A program made the position numbers and the translations under genes. The notes below the pieces were generated by a model that saw only the letters and a list, made by a program, of their open reading frames with translations, was not told where the DNA came from and made no database searches. Source: an uncultured Lentisphaerota bacterium (GTDB taxonomy: Bacteria; Verrucomicrobiota; Kiritimatiellia; CAIQIC01). Taken from it: a stretch of 64,000 nucleotides of DNA. Below are positions 57,132-64,000 of this stretch, piece after piece (position 1 is the stretch's first letter; each line of letters starts with the position of its first letter). The stretch is from assembly GCA_903889245.1 (NCBI GenBank), contig CAISWQ010000038.1:68763-132762 (forward strand). Direction: 5' to 3'.

Positions 57132-58198
57132 ACACTACGCAACCAGTCCGCATGAAGACACGCTGCTGCATAGTGGCACTGCTGGCCGTAGGGTGCAGTT
57201 TGGCCCGGGGCGCAGAACTGCTGGACCGGCCCAAGAGCCTGTTCATCTCGCCATCCGCGCTGTGGAACATACCGGACGCGAAAATCCGCGAATGGTTCGA
57301 GCACATCTCCGCGCACCACCGGACGCCGGGCAGTCCGCAACGGATTGATGCGCTCGTGTTGTCGGACATCGCCGATGTTGATCCCGGCGACCCTTCGGGT
57401 TCCAGCGCGCGCCTGCTCGCGACGCCGGCAGCGGGCATGCCCACCAACTGGTGCCATCCGCTCAATCACAAGCTCGATGTCATCGCGCCACACTTCAAGA
57501 ACTTCGACGCCGTCTATGTGGGGACGGCCCACATCGCTTGGAAGGGCGCGGGCAACGCCTATGACACGGGAATTCTCGACGCAGGTTTCCGGCAGAAGAA
57601 TCTGCGGATCGCCACCAACGCGCTGGACCGCTTCATTGCGCGCTACCCGGACTTGAACTTCAAGTGGTATATCTCCTATGAGGCCAACCTGAACTGCTTC
57701 ACCGACCCCAAGATCAAGGATGCCTATGTCGCCTATCTCGCGGAACTGTGCCGGCAGATGAGGGCGCGCCGCGAGGCCCCCATCCTCTGGTCGCCGAACT
57801 GCTGGTCGAAATTCGATTCGCTGTCGGAAACGAATCGCGCCGCGCTCGTCGTCAGCCTAAAGGATTTCTTCGCGCGCGTCCCCATCACCGACCTGCACTA
57901 TCAGGATTTCATGGGCGGCAGTTCCGCGTCCGGCCCGTATCGCTTCACGCCACAGGATGTCAAAGGCTACTACGACCTGCTCGCCGGCCTGGGCGGCCCG
58001 CGCGTCCGTGTCAACGTGGAGATGTTCGTCGTCACCGACCTGAAAAGCTTCTCGCTCGCGCCGATGAGCCACGCCGACTATGTGCAGCGCATGCGGGACT
58101 ACGACAAGCTGCAACTGCCGCTCGGTGCCTCGTGGGAAATCCGCTACTGGTATCCGGCGCATCAGGGCGCTGCGCCCTGCAGAGGAACAAAACCATGA
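57128..58198 (+). CDS. Secreted hypothetical protein (possible TIM-barrel glycoside hydrolase, DUF4434-like)
   Basis: Signal-like segment RCCIVALLAVGCSLARG; KWYISYEAN, LWSP, YQDFMG, VNVEMF. Confidence 0.55.
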   Translation: MNTTQPVRMKTRCCIVALLAVGCSLARGAELLDRPKSLFISPSALWNIPDAKIREWFEHISAHHRTPGSPQRIDALVLSDIADVDPGDPSGSSARLLATPAAGMPTNWCHPLNHKLDVIAPHFKNFDAVYVGTAHIAWKGAGNAYDTGILDAGFRQKNLRIATNALDRFIARYPDLNFKWYISYEANLNCFTDPKIKDAYVAYLAELCRQMRARREAPILWSPNCWSKFDSLSETNRAALVVSLKDFFARVPITDLHYQDFMGGSSASGPYRFTPQDVKGYYDLLAGLGGPRVRVNVEMFVVTDLKSFSLAPMSHADYVQRMRDYDKLQLPLGASWEIRYWYPAHQGAAPCRGTKP

Positions 58199-59547
58199 CA
58201 ACCCGGCAACGTTTCCAAGGATGGGAAATTGAAAGCAGTGGTTTTTCCACGCCTTGGAAACTGCTGCCGCTCGCGCTGCTGGCGGTGTGGCCGGCGCTGG
58301 CCAGTGACACGATCAAGGCGGGCGTGGGCATGGTGGACATCACACCGGCCGAGCCGGTCGTGCTGGCGGGTTCGCCGACCAGGCTGAAGTCCACGGCGGT
58401 CGGCACGCATCTCTATGCGAAAGCGCTGGTGCTGGCCGGCAATGGGTAGCGGGTGGCGATCGTCACCTTGGACACGTTGAAATATCCCGTGGACTGCGTC
58501 GTGCGGGCGCGCCAGGCCGTCGAGCAGGCCACCGGCATCGCAGCGAGCAACGTCATCATCTGTGCCTCGCACACGCACCGCGGTCCGCTGTGGCCCTCTT
58601 ACAAGGATCAACTCGTGACGCCCATCGCCGACGCGGTGGCGCAGGCGGCGCGCGACCTCGCGCCGTGTACGCTCGGTGTGGCGCAGGGCAGGGTCGAGGG
58701 CGTGAGCAAATGCCGCCGCGTGATCAAGGAAGGGCACGCTTGGAACCGCTGGCAGTTGCCGGCGGCGGAGCAGGAAAAATATCCGGCGGAGAGCGCGCTC
58801 GATCCCGCAGTGGGGGTACTGGCGGTGACCGGCCAGGACGGAAAGTATAAGGCAGTCGTGTTCAACTTTGCGTGTCACGCCGCCAACACGCGCGCCCTCG
58901 CGGTCTCGGCGGATTTTCCGGGCGATGCGCAGCAGGTGGTGCAAAAGAAATTGGGCTATGCCGTGCCCACGCTGTTTCTCACCGGCGCCTGTGGCGATGT
59001 GAATCCCATCTACAGCGCGAAACGCGAATTGTTCGGCGAGAAGCTCGGTGGCGAAATCATGCGCTGCCTGGGCCGGCTTGAACCGATCCAGAAGCCGACG
59101 CTGGCGCTGGAATGCCGCGAGTTGCACATGCCGGGCCGCGAGCAGCCGGAATTCAAGGAGGCGGAGGTGATCCGCAACTGGCCCGGCCAGCTTGAGCACT
59201 ACAGAAAATCGTTCAGCGACATGAAGCAGCGGGCCAAGCCGGCCTATCCATTTTTCATCACCAGCCTGCGTCTGGGCGAGGACTTCACCATCGTGACCAA
59301 TCCCGACGAGCTGTTCTGCGAAATCGGTTTGAGCATCAAGCAGCAGTCGCCCTTCAAGCACACGCTGGTCGTCGAGCAGGTCAACGGCGCGCACGGCTAC
59401 ATCCCCACGGCGAAGGCGTTCGCCGGCGGCAGCTACGAGACGTGGTTCGGCGAGCACTCCTATCTCACCACGCGCGCCGGCGACATCATCGAAAAGGAAT
59501 CGCTGGACATCCTGAATCGCTTGAAGCACGCTGAACACAAGCCCTAG
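58195..59547 (+). pseudogene. Neutral/alkaline ceramidase-like hydrolase interrupted by one in-frame TAG (58447-58449)
   Basis: KAGVGMVDITP..LYAKALVL-AGNG*RVAIVTLD..ASHTHRGP..NFACHA..SADFPG..GACGDVNP; both halves are in the same frame. Confidence 0.8.
58212..58260. repeat. TTCCAA-N3-TTGGAA doublet in a signal n-region
   Basis: Cores at 58213 and 58245 (32 bp apart); translates FQGWEIESSGFSTPWK. Confidence 0.85.
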
Positions 59548-59636
59548 CAGCTCTCCGCGCTGCCTGTTGCCGGGCCACCGGCGCGGGCGCGCGTTGGCGG
59601 CGGAAAAATTACTGAAGAAAGTTTCTGGAACAACAC

Positions 59637-60941
59637 ATGAACAACAAGCACAGCCAGACGAGCCGGCGGACTTTTTTGAAAAAAATCACCGCGGCTACCG
59701 GCGCGGTGATGTGCCCAGCTTTCATCCCCGCGCCGGTCTTGGGACGCGGCGGTGCGGTGGCGCCGAGCGAAAAAATCGGGCTGGGCGTGATCGGGATGGG
59801 CTCACGCTGCGCGGTGGTGCTGGATTCGATGCTGGGCGAACCGGATGTGCGTTGCCTCGCGGTGTGCGATGTGCAGGCTGGCCGCCGTACGAGCGCGAAG
59901 GCGATGGTGGACTCCCGCAATGGCGCCAAGGATTGCGCCACCTACGGCGATTTTCGCGAGCTGCTGGCGCGGCCGGACATCGATGCCGTGCTCATCGCCA
60001 CCGGCGATCGCTGGCACGCGCTGGCCTCGATCCTGGCGGCGCGCGCCGGCAAGGATATTTACAGCGAGAAACCGTGCGGGATCAACAGCGCCGAGTGCGC
60101 GCTGATCGAGACGACGATGCGCCAGTGCGGGCGGGTCTATCAGGGCGGCACGCAGCGCCGCAGCGTGGCTAATTTCCAGAAGGCGGTCCAACTGGCCCAC
60201 AGCGGCAAGCTCGGCCGGCTGCGCACGCTCCATGCGTCCGTCTATGAACCCTTCATCAATCTCGCCTGTCTGCCGGCCGAGCCGGAGCCGCCGCGCGCGG
60301 AGCTGGATTGGGACATGTGGCTCGGCCCCGCGCCGTGGCGGCCCTACAACCACCGCTACGTCGCCGGCCGCGGCTGGCAAGGCTACGAGGATTTCACCGC
60401 GGGCGCCAACCTGATGGATTGGGGCGCGCACACGGTGGATATCTGCCAGTGGGCCAACCGCGCCGACGCCAGCGGCCCCGTCGAGTTCGAACTGGCTCCC
60501 GACAAAATCCTGGCGCGCTATGCCAACGGCGTCGTGCTCGAACTCAACTACGAGCGGCGCGTGCCGCAGCAGAGCCAGTTGAACCTGGGCACGTGCCCGG
60601 TGCGGTTCGTCGGCGACGAGGGCTGGGTGGAAACCGGCGATACCGGCGAGATCGCCGTCTATCCCGCTTCGCTGGAGAGTGCCCTGCACCGCGGACAGAA
60701 AGTCACGGGCCTCGACGCGGGCGGCCACGCGCGGAATTTCTTCGACTGCGTCCGCTCCCGCGCAGCGCCGGTCGTCAATCCCACCGTGATGAAGCACAGC
60801 CACAACGCCTGTCTCGCCGCCGCCACCGCGTGGCAGCTCAACCGCAAAATGACATTCGATCCGGTGAAGGCCGAGTTCATCAACGACGACGAAGCCAACC
60901 GGCTGCGTTCCCGCGCCATGCGCGAGCCGTGGATCATCTGA
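59637..60941 (+). CDS. Tat-exported Gfo/Idh/MocA oxidoreductase
   Basis: SRRTFLK; GVIGMG, DAVLIATGDRWH, YSEKP, GTQRRS, DWDMWLGPAP, DWGAHTVD. Confidence 0.93.
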   Translation: MNNKHSQTSRRTFLKKITAATGAVMCPAFIPAPVLGRGGAVAPSEKIGLGVIGMGSRCAVVLDSMLGEPDVRCLAVCDVQAGRRTSAKAMVDSRNGAKDCATYGDFRELLARPDIDAVLIATGDRWHALASILAARAGKDIYSEKPCGINSAECALIETTMRQCGRVYQGGTQRRSVANFQKAVQLAHSGKLGRLRTLHASVYEPFINLACLPAEPEPPRAELDWDMWLGPAPWRPYNHRYVAGRGWQGYEDFTAGANLMDWGAHTVDICQWANRADASGPVEFELAPDKILARYANGVVLELNYERRVPQQSQLNLGTCPVRFVGDEGWVETGDTGEIAVYPASLESALHRGQKVTGLDAGGHARNFFDCVRSRAAPVVNPTVMKHSHNACLAAATAWQLNRKMTFDPVKAEFINDDEANRLRSRAMREPWII

Positions 60942-60947
60942 GCACAC

Positions 60948-62297
60948 ATGAAACACGTCCTCACCATCCTCGCCGCCTGGCTGCTTTGGCCGCTGGCGGC
61001 GGCTTCATCCGAAAGCAGTCTTGAGGTCGGCTTTGGTCAAGTGGATATCACGCCGCCGGTCGGGGGCATCATCACGGGGCCGGCCTCGCCGGTGAGCACG
61101 GGCACGGATGATCCGCTCAAGGCGCAGGCGGTGATCATCGCGAGCGGCGGGAAAAGGCTGGCCATCGTGGGCGTGGACCTGGTGAAGATCCGCCACGATC
61201 TGGCCGAGGCCGCCATCACGCAGGCCGCGCAGCGGGCGGGGCTCGCGCGCGAAGCGGTGCTGATCTGCCCGAGCCACAACCATAGCTCGCCGCTGATCCC
61301 GGCGCACGGCGACAAGAACACCATCAACCGCGACTATATCGCCACGCTGCCGAAGGCGATTGCCGACAGCATCGAGCAGGCGAACAAAAACCTGCAGCCC
61401 GCGCGCCTCTCCATCGGCCGCTCGCTGGTCTACGAGGGCCACATCAACCGCCGCGTGCTTTCCAAGGCGGACGGGCTCGCGCTGAACGTGTGGCTGAAAA
61501 AAGTGAACGACCTCAAGCAGGTGCCGCAGGTGCTGGGGACGGAAGGCCCGATCGATCCCGAGCTGTGGGTGGTCCGGTTCGATGCGCCCGATGGAAAAAT
61601 GCTCGGGGCGCTGGTGAACTTCACCTGTCATCCGTGCCTGCATGACCGCATCCAAACGCACAACTGGTCGGCGGACTACCCCGGCGTCATCGCGGCGCAG
61701 CTCGCGCAGGCGTTCGGGCCGCAGGCGAAGTGCATCTTCATGCAGGGCAGCGCCGGCAACATCCAGCCGGCGGTCACGTTCACGCCCGACTGGCTGGAGC
61801 GCGCGTCGGTGTTCGCGCGCGCCGCGGTCGAGGCCGCCAGTAACGCCGTCGCCGTCGCGGGGCCCATCGCCGTTGACTATGCGCGGCGCGACGTGGCGGT
61901 GCCGCGCTGCAATCCCGCGGCCCAGCGCGAGGGCGCCATCGAGCGCCTCGGCTGGCGGCCGGAAGCCTTCGAGGGCACCAAGCGCACTGCCGCCGCGCTG
62001 CCCGCCATGCTGACGGTCCCCGTGAGCGCCGCGCGCCTCGGCCCGTTCGCGCTCGCGACCAATCCCGGCGAGCTCTTCGTCGAGTGGGGACTGGACATCA
62101 AGAAACGCTCGCCGTTCCCGCACACCATCGTGAGCGAACTGACCAACGAGTCGATCGGCTACGAGCCCACCGCACTGGCCTTCCAGCACGAAGGCTATGA
62201 AACGCTCTCCGGCGTCAACTACGTCGCGCTCGCAGGCATCCAGCAACTGGTGGATACAGCGGTGGAGCTGTTGCAGCAGTTATGGGCGCAGAAATGA
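60948..62297 (+). CDS. Neutral/alkaline ceramidase-like hydrolase
   Basis: VGFGQVDITPP, DPLKAQA, SHNHSSP, NFTCHP, SADYPG, QGSAGNI, PGELF, GYEPT..GYE. Confidence 0.85.
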   Translation: MKHVLTILAAWLLWPLAAASSESSLEVGFGQVDITPPVGGIITGPASPVSTGTDDPLKAQAVIIASGGKRLAIVGVDLVKIRHDLAEAAITQAAQRAGLAREAVLICPSHNHSSPLIPAHGDKNTINRDYIATLPKAIADSIEQANKNLQPARLSIGRSLVYEGHINRRVLSKADGLALNVWLKKVNDLKQVPQVLGTEGPIDPELWVVRFDAPDGKMLGALVNFTCHPCLHDRIQTHNWSADYPGVIAAQLAQAFGPQAKCIFMQGSAGNIQPAVTFTPDWLERASVFARAAVEAASNAVAVAGPIAVDYARRDVAVPRCNPAAQREGAIERLGWRPEAFEGTKRTAAALPAMLTVPVSAARLGPFALATNPGELFVEWGLDIKKRSPFPHTIVSELTNESIGYEPTALAFQHEGYETLSGVNYVALAGIQQLVDTAVELLQQLWAQK

Positions 62298-62315
62298 CCC
62301 AGAACTGGCAGAAAC

Positions 62316-62432
62316 TTTTCCAAGGATTGGTCCCGACCTCGCAGCGCGTCGGGATTCCAAGCCTTGGGAAATCCCCGGCGCTTTTTTCCAAGCCTTGGAA
62401 AAAACGGCCGAAAATTTTCCAAGCCTTGGAAA
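62316..62432. repeat. Array of 4 TTCCAA-N3-TTGGAA palindromes between convergent genes, with an inserted hairpin
   Basis: Cores at 62318, 62355, 62386, 62417 (37, 31, 31); TCCCGAC-N10-GTCGGGA at 62331-62354. Confidence 0.9.
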
Positions 62433-62476
62433 GCGCCGACGGATATTTGTTTTACCGCGGGTGAACCGCGCCGGTT

Positions 62477-63103
62477 TCAGTCGAGATGGATGATGCCCTG
62501 CCGGATGGCTTCGATGGCCGCCTGGGTACGGCTCGTGACGCCGAGCTTCATGAACAGGTCGCGCAGGTGCGTCTTGACACTTTCATCGCCGATGGCCAGC
62601 GCGGTGGCGATTTCCTTGTTGCTCAGGCCGTTGACCAGATGCTGTAACACTTCGAGTTCGCGCGGCGAGAGGTCCTTGCGCCGGCTGCGTTCGCGCTGGC
62701 GCGCGGCGGCGTCGGGCGGCATGACGCGCCCGCCACGATGGATGGTGCGCACGGCGGTGACCAGTTCGGCGCTGGTGAGATCCTTGAGGACATAGCCGCT
62801 CGCGCCGGCCTGCAGGGCGCGATAGATATCCTCATCGCCGTCATAGACCGTGACGATCAACACGTGCGTGGCGGGCCAGCGCTTGCGGATGGCGAGTGTG
62901 GCCTCGACGCCGCCGCCACCGGGCAACCGCAAATCCATCAGCACGACATCGGGCTGGTGGCGCGCACACTGCGCCAGCGCCTCGGGTACGTCGCCGGCTT
63001 CGGCCACCACGCGCATGTCGGGTTGGCCGCTAAGAATGGTGCCGAGTCCGACGCGCAGCGCCGGATGATCATCCACGATCAGGATGGAGATGGTGTCAGG
63101 CAT
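62477..63103 (-). CDS. NarL/LuxR family response regulator
   Basis: MPDTISILIVDDH, PDVVLMDLRLP, GYVLK, LSPRELEVL..GLSNKEIA. Confidence 0.95.
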   Translation of the reverse strand: MPDTISILIVDDHPALRVGLGTILSGQPDMRVVAEAGDVPEALAQCARHQPDVVLMDLRLPGGGGVEATLAIRKRWPATHVLIVTVYDGDEDIYRALQAGASGYVLKDLTSAELVTAVRTIHRGGRVMPPDAAARQRERSRRKDLSPRELEVLQHLVNGLSNKEIATALAIGDESVKTHLRDLFMKLGVTSRTQAAIEAIRQGIIHLD

Positions 63104-64000
63104 GTGGCACGGTGAGTTCGATGGTGGTGCCCGCGTTGGGCGCGCTGCGGATGTGCAAGTTGGCGTGGAGCGCGCTGGCGCGGGCGCGCATGCCGGGCAG
63201 GCCGAAGCCGCCGTGGTCGGAAGCCGGCGGGGTGGCGTCCAGTCCGCGGCCATCGTCGCTGACCGCCAGGCGCACGGCGGCTTCCTGATAGTCCAACGTC
63301 AGCGTGATTTTTTTGGCCTGCGCGTGGCGCACCGCATTCGTCAGGGCTTCCTGTCCGATGCGCAGGAGGTCGTTCTCCATCTGGGCCGGCAGCGGGCGTG
63401 GCGTGCCGCCCGGGCGGAACTCGAACGCGACAGCGCTGCCTTCGGTGAGCTGGCGGCCGAGCCGTTCGAGGGCTGCGCCGAGCGAGCCTTCTTCGAGCGC
63501 CTGCGCGCGCAGCGCCCAGACGGTGTGCCGTGCCTCGGCGAGGCTCTGGCGTACCAGTTGGCGCGCGAGGTCGAGATGGCGGCGCGCGGCGTCGGGGATT
63601 TCTCCCAGCCGGTCACCGAGCGCTTCGAGTTGGATGCTGATGCCGGCGAAGCCCTGGGCTAGGGTGTCGTGAATTTCGCGCGCCATGCGGTTGCGCTCGG
63701 CGAAGACCGCCGTGAACTGCGCCCGCGCCGCGGCCCGCGCCTGCCGTTCCTCGCGTAAGCGCCGCCACGCGCGCAACCAGAGCGCGCCGAGTGCGACGGC
63801 GAGGATGGCGGCGACGGCAGCGGCGATCCGCAGAGGTGTCCACCACGATGGCGCGGCCAGCAAGGTCACGTCGGCGAAGCCGCGCGCGAGCAGGATGAAG
63901 CCCTGCGGTTTGCGGTGCGTGACGAACGCCTCCCAACTCCCGACCTCGGCCTCGCAGACGCCGCGCACGGCCAGTTCGCTGCCGATACGCCACGGCAGTT
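63096..64000 (-). CDS. Sensor histidine kinase (HisKA_3), 5'-truncated by the window edge
   Basis: PSWWT followed by a TM helix; ERNRMAREIHDTLAQG, QEALTNAVRHA, DDGRG, GFGLPGM. Confidence 0.92.
   Translation of the reverse strand, partial: LPWRIGSELAVRGVCEAEVGSWEAFVTHRKPQGFILLARGFADVTLLAAPSWWTPLRIAAAVAAILAVALGALWLRAWRRLREERQARAAARAQFTAVFAERNRMAREIHDTLAQGFAGISIQLEALGDRLGEIPDAARRHLDLARQLVRQSLAEARHTVWALRAQALEEGSLGAALERLGRQLTEGSAVAFEFRPGGTPRPLPAQMENDLLRIGQEALTNAVRHAQAKKITLTLDYQEAAVRLAVSDDGRGLDATPPASDHGGFGLPGMRARASALHANLHIRSAPNAGTTIELTVPHA

Noticed and set aside
58447-58449. Pyrrolysine or genome-wide TAG recoding
   Set aside because: TAG terminates other genes at their expected C-termini (e.g. 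51726, 59547), and no pyl genes are visible.
14679-62432. Treating the TTCCAA palindromes as simple intrinsic terminators or as operators of a local sugar regulator
   Set aside because: Many copies lie inside translated leaders in mid-operon and one cluster is between convergent genes; the fixed 31-32 bp spacing is not explained by termination. Individual copies could still pause polymerase.
1-64000. tRNA, rRNA, IS transposase, integrase or prophage genes
   Set aside because: No such motifs recognised in the sequence or the ORF translations.

Overview
High-GC bacterial DNA, almost all on the + strand and operon-like. It most plausibly comes from the PVC superphylum (Kiritimatiellota/Lentisphaerota/Verrucomicrobiota-like); this is inferred from the PEP-CTERM autotransporter-repeat protein, the pseudopilin and the sulfatase density. 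Most of the window is a large carbohydrate-degradation island: five sulfatase genes (six CxPxR domains), three GH78 rhamnosidase-like genes plus a remnant, GH127, GH37 trehalase-like, two WbsX/GH99-like, a GH50-like protein, two beta-helix enzymes, ceramidase-like hydrolases, an aldolase/dehydrogenase pair and two two-component systems. Two apparent insertions interrupt it: an AAA_14/DUF4143 ATPase, and a lower-GC three-gene cassette (LolA-like, TolB-like, secreted lipase). The strongest unexplained signal is a dispersed palindrome, TTCCAA-N3-TTGGAA. About 36 units were counted by eye, in clusters of 2-5 spaced 31-32 bp apart (three helical turns). They sit almost only at gene junctions and 5' ends and are repeatedly translated in frame into signal or leader peptides (FPxLGK / FQxLEK / FSKxWK). 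GTAG-type REP hairpins accompany some clusters. No rRNA, tRNA, CRISPR array or transposase was recognised.
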